Positions 10,901-19,274 of a stretch of 64,000 bases of DNA are shown one piece after another (positions within the stretch are counted from its first letter, which is position 1; the number at the start of each line of letters is the position of its first letter). The stretch lies in assembly GCA_020632095.1 (NCBI GenBank), contig JACKGF010000001.1:134549-198548 (forward strand). The letters run 5' to 3'. The notes beneath the pieces are model-generated. The model was not told where the DNA came from. It did no database searches and saw only the letters and a list, made by a program, of their open reading frames with translations. Made by a program: the position numbers and the translations under genes. This stretch comes from Candidatus Nomurabacteria bacterium. Lineage in GTDB: Bacteria > Patescibacteriota > Minisyncoccia > Phycocordibacterales > UBA918.

Positions 10901-13900
10901 TTCGTCAGTTGCTACTAGATTTAGACTAGACTATGCCCCTAAGATTACTACCTGTGATGTGGTGTCAGTTTGGACCGATGTTAATGGTGTTGCAGATGAT
11001 AGTTGGGATATGACAGACTCTATATATCTAACTAACGGTGAGGATACAGCTAATATTGCTGAAGCGATTGGTGGTTTAACTGATGAAAACAGCAATTATC
11101 TATCCTCAAACGGTGGAGTTAGGGATACTGAATCATTGACAGCCAGTACAACCTTGACGGAGTTAAACTATGTGGATTTGGAATACAGCATCAAGTCAAC
11201 CATCAGTACCCCAAATGATGCAACTTTCTGCTTTAGGGTTAGTGCCAACGGCACGTCACTACCAGCTTATACAAATTACGCTGAAATTACAACAGCTAAA
11301 AAACGCGATTTTAAGGTACAGCGTGGAACTACCACAATTTCTGGCACATCGGTTACATTGGTGGCTGGAGTTGACTACGATGTGCCTCAGGTTGCCACCT
11401 CTTCATTTATCCGTATTACAAATAGTCACTACACTGGTGCTGGAGATACAACTCTTGGTGGTGCCCAAAATGCTGACGATGTAACTGCTTATATCTCCAA
11501 TCCAGAAAATATTCTTACAAGTGTTACTTTTAATCGGTTGGGTGCAGTTAATGATACTTATATTGATTGGGAGATAGTAGAGTTTGTAGGTACTCCAAGT
11601 ACCGATAATGAGATGGTGGTTAGAGACGTGGGGTCGGTAACTATTAGTAGTGGGGCGCTAGTGGCAACAGGCACAACAATATCAGTTACCGATGATAGTG
11701 ATGTAGTAGTTTACATCACTGGTATTAGAAATCGAAACACCTCAAGAAACTACTACGCTGGACAAGTAACGTCAGCTTGGGATGCTGCAAGTGATGCGCC
11801 CGTATTTACTAGAGGTGCTACTGGAGGTTCTATTGTTGACGTTAGTTATGCAGTAGTTGAGTATGTTGGTATGAATTGGAATATCCAACGAGCTGAACAT
11901 ACCTACACCGCGTCAGGTGTACCTGAACCAGAGGCAATTACACCGGTTGGTTCCTTGTCTCAAACATTTATTCATGCCCAGAAACGAATGGGAGCAAGTA
12001 CTAATGTGGTACATTTTGGACATACCGTTTGGTTGCCTAGCATCAGCTATTTATCGCTTGAACTTGAAACTGGTGCTGATACAGGTGTTGGTCAAACTGC
12101 CGTTGTATGGATAATAGAAAATACTCAAACTGGTTCAAATGCAATGCAGGTTCAAAGATTGAGTGGAAACACTTCTGGTGGTGCTGAACCGTTAATATTA
12201 GAAATCGGTATACCAATTCATCTTGATTCTAGCAGTAATAGTTCAATTTTTGTAAGTAGTAGGGCAGCTGGTACTAATAATGGCTACCCTCGACCGATAA
12301 TGGGTGCCAGAATTACTTCGACATCAACCCTAGAATTATGGCGAAGTGACACCGGGACAACTCTTAATTATAGAATTGAATTAGTAGAATGGCCGGTGGC
12401 TGACTTAGCTCAGAGACAAAATTACTATCGATTTTACGTAGATAATGACGCATTAACCCCAAGCGACCCTTGGCCAGCTGGTGCTACCAACCTTGGAGAG
12501 AACACTAGTATTACCGATGCTGACGATCCTCCGGGGGCGGATGTTTACTTAAGACTTCGTATGTCAGTACGTATTGCAAATGCAAATCTTCCCGCTGGAT
12601 TTCAACAATACAAACTGCAGTACGCAGAAAGGGCGGTAACTTGTTCAGCTACTACTGATTGGCACGATCTGGGTGATACTGCTAGCTCAAGTATATGGCG
12701 TGGCTATCCGGGGTCAGGTACTAGTGATGGAGATAATTTGTCATCAGATCCGTATTTGCCGGGTGACTTGTTAATTTCAGTGTCTGACGTGGCTGGTCGA
12801 TTGGAGCATGAAAACCCATCAGCCGTAAACTCATATCCTGTGCTTGATGGGGAAGATGTTGAGTATGATTGGTATATTCAACATAATGGAGCAAATCCAG
12901 ATACTGTCTATTGTTTCAGAATGATAAAAGATGATGGATTGCTACTAGAAGGCTATCTAAATTACCCACAAATTAAAACAGCTGGTTTTCAGCCAGCTTC
13001 AAAGAATTGGCAGTGGTACGATGATCCTGATAATGAGACACCAGCTAGTCCAGCCGCAGCTGAAAATGTCACGCCAAGCAATATTGCAATTGACGATACT
13101 TTAGCTCTCCGAGTGACTGTTAAAGAATTATCAAACGTTCCTGGGGCAGATATTAAATACAAACTGCAATTTTCTGATGATATAAACTTTGTTAATCCTG
13201 TTGATGTTGTGGCAACTAGTTCTTGTGTTGAGAATTCCCTTTGGTGCTACTACGAAGGTGGGGGAGTTGACAATGATCTAATTACAACCTCACTGCTAAC
13301 TGATGGGGATGGGTGTGTTGGTGGAGCGGGTAATGGTTGTGGAACTCATAATGAATCAGCTACGTATGTAACCGGACACCTACATGGTGCTACTAGAGCT
13401 CAGGAATATTCATTCACGATTAAGCAAGCAGGAGCGCGGGTAAATGCCATTTATTATTTTAGACTGGTTGAAATACTTAGTTCTGATGTTGTAATTCTGG
13501 ATACCGGTGAAACCTATCCGTCAGTACAAGTTGGTCCTTCGACTTTGTCATTCTCGGTGGCTGGTTTGCCGGCTGGTACTACAACCGCTAGTGTGGTGAC
13601 AGATGCTACTACTACAGCAACTAGTGTTGGTTTTGGTTCGATTCCGTTTAATAATGATCAGATAGCTGCTCAGAGAATTTCAATTAGCACAAATGCTACT
13701 GAAGGTTACCAAGTCCTTCAATACGCTGGTCAGGATTTGACTAGTAGTAATGGAACAACAATTAATTCTGTAAGTTCAACCAACGCCACTCCGAGCGGTT
13801 GGGCGACAGCTTGTCTCGGAACAGCTACTGGCTGTATCGGATACCATACGACTGATGCGATTTTGGAAGGTGGATCAGCTCGTTTTGCACCGTCGGACAC

Positions 13901-14057
13901 CTATGCACCTCTACATACCGATCCACAAGAAATTATCTATAGTTCAGTTCCAGTCGATAGTACAGAGGATGTTGTGTATCGGGTGATGGTAACTGAAATG
14001 CAACCAGCTGGAGATTATGAGACTAACATTGTCTATATAGCCGTTCCGGTCTTCTAG
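7914..14057 (+). CDS. giant (2047 aa) secreted surface protein: N-terminal BNR/sialidase-like propeller, two ~349-aa tandem repeats, several R-W-x-N-D-D-G modules, C-terminal PVF domain
   Basis: Signal peptide (IFSIAMQLFGVLLLQIVLLYPQAVEA). BNR motifs S-x-D-x-G-x-T-W (SKTTDGGNTWGS, KKSTDGMTTWGT). Tandem repeat aa ~430-660 vs ~780-1010 (YLGGAFTVKS...HYHWRNDDGTESGATSATAGAEDTP...IRLRMEVSNEG vs YLGGSFSLKS...HYHWRYNNGGESTSTSATFGNEDTP...IRLRLGVSNEG). Similar modules recur (YYRFYVDND..., NWQWYDDPDNE...). The C-terminal domain is shared with 291..1436. Confidence 0.7.
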   Translation: MYQLRTLERVKSSVSAGLIFSIAMQLFGVLLLQIVLLYPQAVEAAEVVIDSTVSTNAAANTFAGAQTAFTDDQTGYTFYRDSNNTCVYSKTTDGGNTWGSAVTVDSQTDCLEIVIWYDRWTPGDSTGNYIHISTMDSGDDDLFYNRLDTTSDTLLMGSAPVNVSTSSGQVPSLANTVNAQTITKATDGKIYMAVNDVSDSFVVSCSASCETESNWTEVGTSPYDSTNDFNLLVPLSGGNVMTINRDISADDIRSAIWDGANWSGWTNIDINAPENSTFDVGMSVTVDVDTGSIYLAYVADNNDMVTADHDIRTAVYTSGVWTNKTDVLTNVSGRGIHNTAIAYDQNKGDVYVSYAIEDTIGTPTSANIYWKKSTDGMTTWGTEQGPINTTSGNIYGPSLNLNSHERIYATWYDPAVNDRFGNTVADIGPDTILASIGTQVSSIKTNDTGVYLGGAFTVKSISSRTISTFKITEKGTVDAQNDLNNIKLFYDLDVSFPYDCVSESYSGGESQFGVTDTNGFSGVDGTSNFTGSIVNVTPTQTMCVYVVLDVLSTANDTDTIEIEVTNPSTDVTVSGETVYPATSIEIASTTNIVSPDLTQIHYHWRNDDGTESGATSATAGAEDTPISSLIKETPIRLRMEVSNEGSTSTDATFQLEYGLAAPTCGDVASWTDVGATDDAWNMYPTANLNDGDSTTDISNTIGGVTFENSNFLSPNYGVKDAFSTTSSLTLDTIDYVELEFSLVASSSAVEGETYCFRLTDSGTPLNTYSVIPQATISADIIAAAVGTHITNADIPTTAAYLGGSFSLKSTSGSHTITNVTITETGTIDASTGLSNIKLFYESDLSNPYDCTSESYAGTETQFGGTDTDGFSGPNGTSTFSDSVGITATSTLCLYVVSDITTLPINGETVSFQITSPTSDVVAGASSVAPGTPISITASTTLQGGLLTQTHYHWRYNNGGESTSTSATFGNEDTPVTDFDLSSKIRLRLGVSNEGATSSVATRFRLDYAPKITTCDVVSVWTDVNGVADDSWDMTDSIYLTNGEDTANIAEAIGGLTDENSNYLSSNGGVRDTESLTASTTLTELNYVDLEYSIKSTISTPNDATFCFRVSANGTSLPAYTNYAEITTAKKRDFKVQRGTTTISGTSVTLVAGVDYDVPQVATSSFIRITNSHYTGAGDTTLGGAQNADDVTAYISNPENILTSVTFNRLGAVNDTYIDWEIVEFVGTPSTDNEMVVRDVGSVTISSGALVATGTTISVTDDSDVVVYITGIRNRNTSRNYYAGQVTSAWDAASDAPVFTRGATGGSIVDVSYAVVEYVGMNWNIQRAEHTYTASGVPEPEAITPVGSLSQTFIHAQKRMGASTNVVHFGHTVWLPSISYLSLELETGADTGVGQTAVVWIIENTQTGSNAMQVQRLSGNTSGGAEPLILEIGIPIHLDSSSNSSIFVSSRAAGTNNGYPRPIMGARITSTSTLELWRSDTGTTLNYRIELVEWPVADLAQRQNYYRFYVDNDALTPSDPWPAGATNLGENTSITDADDPPGADVYLRLRMSVRIANANLPAGFQQYKLQYAERAVTCSATTDWHDLGDTASSSIWRGYPGSGTSDGDNLSSDPYLPGDLLISVSDVAGRLEHENPSAVNSYPVLDGEDVEYDWYIQHNGANPDTVYCFRMIKDDGLLLEGYLNYPQIKTAGFQPASKNWQWYDDPDNETPASPAAAENVTPSNIAIDDTLALRVTVKELSNVPGADIKYKLQFSDDINFVNPVDVVATSSCVENSLWCYYEGGGVDNDLITTSLLTDGDGCVGGAGNGCGTHNESATYVTGHLHGATRAQEYSFTIKQAGARVNAIYYFRLVEILSSDVVILDTGETYPSVQVGPSTLSFSVAGLPAGTTTASVVTDATTTATSVGFGSIPFNNDQIAAQRISISTNATEGYQVLQYAGQDLTSSNGTTINSVSSTNATPSGWATACLGTATGCIGYHTTDAILEGGSARFAPSDTYAPLHTDPQEIIYSSVPVDSTEDVVYRVMVTEMQPAGDYETNIVYIAVPVF
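9190..9890 (+). repeat. intragenic tandem repeat unit 1 (period 1047 nt) inside the giant protein gene
   Basis: The unit anchored at Y-L-G-G (nt 9264) is repeated at nt 10311. Protein-level identity is roughly 45-50% over ~230 aa; the DNA copies are diverged. Confidence 0.6.
10240..10940 (+). repeat. intragenic tandem repeat unit 2
   Basis: Second copy of the ~349-codon unit (YLGGSFSLKS ... FRLDYA), with matching landmark motifs. Confidence 0.6.
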
Positions 14058-14077
14058 ATGGTATGATGTAAGTAAGT

Positions 14078-15088
14078 ATGAATCGTCTAATAATTAAATT
14101 TGCAGGTGTCCTATTGTTACTGGTTTTGTTGATACCGACAAATTTAGCTTTCGCTGCAATCACTATACGGCCTTTTTTGATAGACGAAACCTACCAGCCT
14201 AGAGACTCAGAAGTAAAAACAATTACTTTGACGAGTGATTATCCTAGTCGTAAAGCGGTTTTGTATGCGACTGTTAATGAAATTACGGTTGATTCAGAAG
14301 GAGAGATAAAAGAGTTTGTTACACCAGTAATGACCGACAGGACTAACACTGTCACAAGTTGGGTAGAAATTACTAGAGGCAGGATTGAGTTAATGCCAGG
14401 TGAAAAAATTGAAGTACCCCTCAAACTAAAAATTCATCCTTATGCAGAGCCCGGAGAGTATCATGTTTTTATCGGCTTTGTTGAGACACCTAAGCGAGAC
14501 CAGGCAGAAGCTGTTGCAATGGCAGGTAAAGCTGATGGGGTGATTGTGAAAATTACTATTGCTGATGATAGAGAGGACAGTATGAAGATAAGTAGCTTTC
14601 TGATTGATCGTTTTGTTACCGGTGAAGATAAGCGTCTGATAGATATTGAGGTTGAGAACCTTGGTGATTTACCGTCTGCACCCAAGGGTGAAATTGTTTT
14701 CTATGACTCGAGAGGTGTTGAAATCAATTCTGTGCCAGTTAATAGTGAAGGAGTCGTAATTGAGCCTGGAGAGAAAGCTAGTCTAAAAAGTTCGGTACCG
14801 CTTGATGATACTTTAGGTAGATTCAAGGCTAATGTAACTTTAAATTACGGTGACAAAATGCAGGCGTCTTTGTTTGACACCACATCATTTTACATGATGC
14901 CTATGAACTTACTCTTAATGGTATTTGGCAGTATTTTAATATTGTCCATAATTGTCGCTCTCCTGTTCAGAAGGATGCTAGCTGGTGAGGCTAGGGATGA
15001 AGATGGAGATGAAGTTGTAATGTATATCCGTGAAGGCCATGACGCTAATCCGCAAGACCATGACATTGACCTTAAGAACAAAGCTTAA
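14078..15088 (+). CDS. secreted two-domain protein with C-terminal TM anchor and acidic tail (DUF916/DUF3324-like architecture; paralog of the next gene)
   Basis: 336 aa. Signal peptide (FAGVLLLLVLLIPTNLAFA). N-terminal block ITIRPFLIDETYQP...SWVEITRGRIELMPGEKIEVPLKLKIHPYAEPGEYHVFIGF parallels ISISPTIFEASANPGQ...EWLSVKHETLKIPSEQSIQVPFSISVPSDAPPGGHF in the next gene. C-terminal TM LLLMVFGSILILSIIVALLF. The family name is a guess. Confidence 0.55.
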   Translation: MNRLIIKFAGVLLLLVLLIPTNLAFAAITIRPFLIDETYQPRDSEVKTITLTSDYPSRKAVLYATVNEITVDSEGEIKEFVTPVMTDRTNTVTSWVEITRGRIELMPGEKIEVPLKLKIHPYAEPGEYHVFIGFVETPKRDQAEAVAMAGKADGVIVKITIADDREDSMKISSFLIDRFVTGEDKRLIDIEVENLGDLPSAPKGEIVFYDSRGVEINSVPVNSEGVVIEPGEKASLKSSVPLDDTLGRFKANVTLNYGDKMQASLFDTTSFYMMPMNLLLMVFGSILILSIIVALLFRRMLAGEARDEDGDEVVMYIREGHDANPQDHDIDLKNKA

Positions 15089-16700
15089 CATATTCCTCAC
15101 TCTAGTGTTTGTAGCAATATTGTTGCTGCCGCTATTTACCTTTGCTCAAGGTAAACAGACTATTAGTATTTCACCGACCATTTTTGAAGCTTCAGCCAAT
15201 CCTGGGCAAGTTATAAATAGTGAAGGGGTTAAGATTATAAATTCAAATCCTTATGAATTAGAGGTCTATATAGATGTGGTAAATTTTGAGGCCCAAGGTG
15301 AGTCAGGTCAAGGAAAATTTATTCCATTAGTTGAAAGTGAGTTAAAAGGTAATACGATCGCTGAATGGCTATCAGTTAAGCATGAGACACTTAAGATTCC
15401 ATCAGAACAGTCGATTCAAGTACCATTTTCTATATCAGTTCCATCTGATGCTCCACCAGGTGGACATTTTGCTGCTATTTTGGTTGGTACAAAATCTATT
15501 AATAATGACGAGAAACAAACTAAGGTTGAAACTTCACAAGTAGTAACATCATTAGTTTTTTTGCGTGTGGCAGGCGATGTTTTAGAACAGGGTTCAATTC
15601 GAGAATTTCGTAGTACAAAATTGATCTCAGAGTCACCAAAAGTAACGTTTGAATTGCGGTTTGAAAATAAGGGTAATGTGCATATACAGCCACAAGGAGA
15701 CATAAAGATTTTTAATATGTGGGGGCAAGAAAGAGGTGTTATTCCAGTAAATAGGCAAACTATGTTTGGTAATGTTTTACCAAAAAGTGTTAGGAAGTAC
15801 TCTTTCACTTGGTCAGGACAGTGGTCTATGGCTGATATGGGTCGCTACACTGCCGTCGCTACACTAGCGTACGGTCAGGACAGTAAGCAGTTTGCGTCAA
15901 GCGAGACAAATTTTTGGGTAATACCGTGGAAGATTCTAAGTCTAGTGTTACTAGTTGTGATTGGTTTTGTTGTTTTAGTTTCTTGGGCAATTAAATTATA
16001 TATAAGAAAAATGTTGGCTATTGCTGGAGTGTCTCCCGAGCTTCATAATGTTAAACAGCATGTTCGACCATCTAAGCGATCACAGGTTTCTGTAGTGGCA
16101 CCAATTGAAGCTGGAATTCTTGATTTGAGTTATCGTATGCGTGGTACTGAGTCTTGGCTTGATAAACTAAAGGCGGTTTCATCTTTTGTGAGACAGTACA
16201 AAATTTTCTTTATCGTAGTTGTGGCTGTAGTACTATTTGTATTAGCTACTATTTGGTACGTACAGTCAGCTTCGGTTGCTAAGCGTGGCTATGAAGTAAC
16301 AATTGAAGGGATGGGTGACAATATGAAAATTTCCTCCGAGCAGGTTGCTTATGATGAGCTGGTAAATACTACTGAGGGAACACACGGTCTAAATACAGAT
16401 TCAAATGTTAAAGAGTTTCCTGCCATATCCTTAGTTAATCAAAGTGGGGTCAGTGGTCTAGCAGCCGAGCTGAAGTTTGATCTTGAGTCTAAAGGTTACG
16501 AGATTGAAAACCTGACCAATGATCTAGATATAACTAAAGTTAATACAGTAATAGTTTACGCAACTGAGTTTTCTAAGGAAGCGCTTGAGTTAAGTAAAGA
16601 TGTAAATGATGCTTTATTATCAGCCTTTGATGGTGAAACAAAAGAAGGAACGCCGATTACAATTTATGTCGGGCAGGATTATGAAAATGAGGTACAATAG
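15060..16700 (+). CDS. secreted/membrane protein, paralog of 14078 gene, with central TM helices and C-terminal LytR_C-like domain
   Basis: ORF track start 15030 overlaps the previous gene by 58 nt. ATG 15060 gives a signal peptide with a positive n-region (MTLTLRTKLNIFLTLVFVAILLLPLFTFAQG). TMs LSLVLLVVIGFVVLVSWAI and IFFIVVVAVVLFVLATIWYV. C-terminal ~100 aa (ISLVNQSGVSGLAAELKFDLESKGYEIENLTND...TVIVYATEF...ITIYVGQDYE) resembles LytR_C. Confidence 0.55.
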   Translation: MTLTLRTKLNIFLTLVFVAILLLPLFTFAQGKQTISISPTIFEASANPGQVINSEGVKIINSNPYELEVYIDVVNFEAQGESGQGKFIPLVESELKGNTIAEWLSVKHETLKIPSEQSIQVPFSISVPSDAPPGGHFAAILVGTKSINNDEKQTKVETSQVVTSLVFLRVAGDVLEQGSIREFRSTKLISESPKVTFELRFENKGNVHIQPQGDIKIFNMWGQERGVIPVNRQTMFGNVLPKSVRKYSFTWSGQWSMADMGRYTAVATLAYGQDSKQFASSETNFWVIPWKILSLVLLVVIGFVVLVSWAIKLYIRKMLAIAGVSPELHNVKQHVRPSKRSQVSVVAPIEAGILDLSYRMRGTESWLDKLKAVSSFVRQYKIFFIVVVAVVLFVLATIWYVQSASVAKRGYEVTIEGMGDNMKISSEQVAYDELVNTTEGTHGLNTDSNVKEFPAISLVNQSGVSGLAAELKFDLESKGYEIENLTNDLDITKVNTVIVYATEFSKEALELSKDVNDALLSAFDGETKEGTPITIYVGQDYENEVQ

Positions 16701-16703
16701 AGC

Positions 16704-17213
16704 TTGAGGATTACTTGTAATTTTATGCTTATGAGCCAGAAATCTATTATTTTATTTGTCACACTATTTGTCTTAATTGTGGCTGGGATGTTCATCTACG
16801 CTAATCTAAAGAATAGCGAATTAAAGAATAAAAACGAAGAAACAGTTGAAGTTGTCGAAGAACAGGTGGTTCCATATCCTGATATTACTCGTATCGACGC
16901 TAAGCACTACTTCATTGACGGTAAACATACTTTGGTGGGGGAGGTTAATTTTCCAACACCGTGTGATCTACTAGAATCAGAGGCGGTAGTAATGGAATCT
17001 TTTCCAGAGCAAGTCAGAGTTGATTTTAATGTGATTAATAACTCTGATTCTTGTGTGCAGGTAGCTACAGCCCAACGCTTTAAAGTTGAAGCTACAGCTT
17101 CTAGTGAGGCTACCTTCAGTGCTACTTTTATGGGTAGAGATGTTACGTTAAATCTTATTCCTGCGGCAGAAGGAGAAACTCCTGAGGAGTTCGAGTTGTT
17201 TATCAAGGGTTAA
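16704..17213 (+). CDS. small N-terminally anchored extracytoplasmic protein, unknown function
   Basis: 169 aa. TM IILFVTLFVLIVAGMFIYA. Start may be the internal M at MLMSQKS. Confidence 0.4.
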   Translation: MRITCNFMLMSQKSIILFVTLFVLIVAGMFIYANLKNSELKNKNEETVEVVEEQVVPYPDITRIDAKHYFIDGKHTLVGEVNFPTPCDLLESEAVVMESFPEQVRVDFNVINNSDSCVQVATAQRFKVEATASSEATFSATFMGRDVTLNLIPAAEGETPEEFELFIKG

Positions 17214-17217
17214 GTGA

Positions 17218-17778
17218 ATGCTAGTGACATTAGATAAATCAAATTACAAAACACTGCTATTTTTGTTTCTGGTAGTACTAGGAATGGCTGTTTTAACATG
17301 GTTTGTACTAAATCGAAAACAGGATACCGTCGAAGTCCCTGCGGTTAAAGCACTTGAAGCTCCGCAAGACCAATCACCATTTACTGACCTTGAAGGTAAC
17401 GCTGTTGGTTTAACGAGTTACGTTGGTGAAGTAATTGTCGTTTCCTCATGGGCCAGTTGGTGTCCAAGTTGTGTTGATAGTTTAAAAGAACTTTCCCTGC
17501 TGTCTGGATTATATGGTGATGAGGTTAAAATTCTGGCAGTAAATCGCAGTGACCAAGCAAACATCGCTAAAGCTTTTTTGAAGAAATATGAAATTTCAAA
17601 TACGGTGGAACTTGTATTGGATGAAGATGATAGATTTTTTAAAAAAATTGATGGCTACACCATGCCGGAAACAGTTATTTATGACCACAAAGGAAGAGAA
17701 GTTTTTCACAAACATGGAGTAACTTCAGTGGTTGAATTGAAATTAATAATTGATGAGATTTTGGTTGAGGGAGAGTAG
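17218..17778 (+). CDS. TlpA/ResA-like membrane-anchored thiol-disulfide oxidoreductase (thioredoxin fold)
   Basis: 186 aa. N-terminal TM (TLLFLFLVVLGMAVLTWFVL). Thioredoxin CxxC active site WASWCPSC. Length and layout fit the TlpA family. Confidence 0.75.
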   Translation: MLVTLDKSNYKTLLFLFLVVLGMAVLTWFVLNRKQDTVEVPAVKALEAPQDQSPFTDLEGNAVGLTSYVGEVIVVSSWASWCPSCVDSLKELSLLSGLYGDEVKILAVNRSDQANIAKAFLKKYEISNTVELVLDEDDRFFKKIDGYTMPETVIYDHKGREVFHKHGVTSVVELKLIIDEILVEGE

Positions 17779-18221
17779 ATCTTCCACCTAAAATTGCATT
17801 TCTAGGTAAAGTATGGTATACTACACCTAGTCGGAGATCCCTCCAGCTACCCCTCAAGTAGGACAGATTGCTCATAATAATACTCACTCGGGCTTGCTTG
17901 GCGTCATAGACTCCATTAACCCTATCGATTGCTAGCGCCTCTTCTTCATTTAGTTGAGCCTTTGTCGAACAAAGGTTTTGGAGTCGCAATCATAATATTA
18001 TGAGGTCAGCAATCGGATTTTTGATAGTTCTTTGGGGGCTATCAACTTTTTTTTCTGAAGCTTTGCCAGCATTAGACAGCGCCGCCCGTCAGACATTTGA
18101 GACGGTTGAAACGGCAGCAGTCGTATCGCAGGTAGAGTTGCAGAAAAAACTATAAAAGATATTAGGTCGTATCAATGATACGGCCTTTTGTATATCTAAA
18201 GTTAGGCTGTATACTATAATA

Positions 18222-19274
18222 ATGAAATTAAGTCGAGCAGTCGAATACGCATTCTTCTTTGGTCTCCTTTTGCTAGCAGGTTATATGGTGTGGTTAATTA
18301 TGGCACCATTCTTGAGCGCGTTAGCTTTGTCGGTAATTATTGTAACAATTTGTTATCCTCTTTACTTACGGATTAAGCGTCGAGTTCCTAGACAAAACAA
18401 ATCCATTGCTGCTTTCCTGACCACTATGATTGTGTTGTTTGTGATTGTTATACCGTTAATTTTAATTTCGTCACTAGTAATCAGAGAGTTGGTAACTTTT
18501 TACCAAGAATTAGACTCAGGTAATCTTTCAGTGTCGACCACGATTCAATCAATCGAGTCATCCATTCGAGTATTTTTACCTGGTTTTGAAATAGACTTGA
18601 ACAAACAATTGATTGCTAGTGCTGAGTGGTTTACAGGCAATATCGGTGAGATCTTTGCTGGCACTATTTCAACTATTTTCATATTCTTTATTTCTATGAT
18701 TGGTTCCTTTTATTTTTTTAGAGACGGTAGAGAACTACTACAATTAGTAATCAAGGCCAGTCCGTTACCTGATCATGAAGACCAAATAATCTTCGACAGA
18801 ATGGCTAAAGCTGTCCGCGCGGTAGCCACAGGGACTATCTTTGTAGCAATGATTCAGGGTACTTTGGCAGCGACCGGGTTTTTCTTTTTTGGGATTGATA
18901 GAGCTATTTTGTGGGGTTCAATCGCATCAATTGGAGCCTTAATGCCTGGAATTGGGACTACTATTGTAACTGCTCCTGCCATCATTTATCTTTTCTTCAC
19001 AGGACAGTTGGTTAATGCTATTGGGCTACTCATCTGGTCTTCGTTGGTGGTAGGGCTGGTTGATAACCTTATTGGTCCATATTTGATGAGTCGAGGTCAT
19101 AATATGCACCCATTTATTATCTTGATTGCTGTGCTTGGTGGTGTATTGCTTTTTGGTCCAGTTGGTTTTATTGTAGGGCCGGTGGTGGTAACTCTATTTT
19201 TGGTGTTACTGGAGATATATAATCAATACATAATTCGTGATCAAAGAGTCACAGAAACAGAAAATTATGATTAA
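18222..19274 (+). CDS. AI-2E family transporter (UPF0118/PerM-like permease)
   Basis: 350 aa with ~8 TM helices. Conserved C-terminal region ILWGSIASIGALMPGIGTTIVTAPAII...GPVGFIVGPVVV is typical of AI-2E/YdiK-type permeases. Confidence 0.75.
   Translation: MKLSRAVEYAFFFGLLLLAGYMVWLIMAPFLSALALSVIIVTICYPLYLRIKRRVPRQNKSIAAFLTTMIVLFVIVIPLILISSLVIRELVTFYQELDSGNLSVSTTIQSIESSIRVFLPGFEIDLNKQLIASAEWFTGNIGEIFAGTISTIFIFFISMIGSFYFFRDGRELLQLVIKASPLPDHEDQIIFDRMAKAVRAVATGTIFVAMIQGTLAATGFFFFGIDRAILWGSIASIGALMPGIGTTIVTAPAIIYLFFTGQLVNAIGLLIWSSLVVGLVDNLIGPYLMSRGHNMHPFIILIAVLGGVLLFGPVGFIVGPVVVTLFLVLLEIYNQYIIRDQRVTETENYD

Noticed and set aside
17675-17989. 104-aa minus-strand ORF overlapping the 3' end of the thioredoxin gene
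   Set aside because: Overlaps a well-supported CDS, has no motif, and the region is better explained as non-coding plus the small + strand ORF at 18000.
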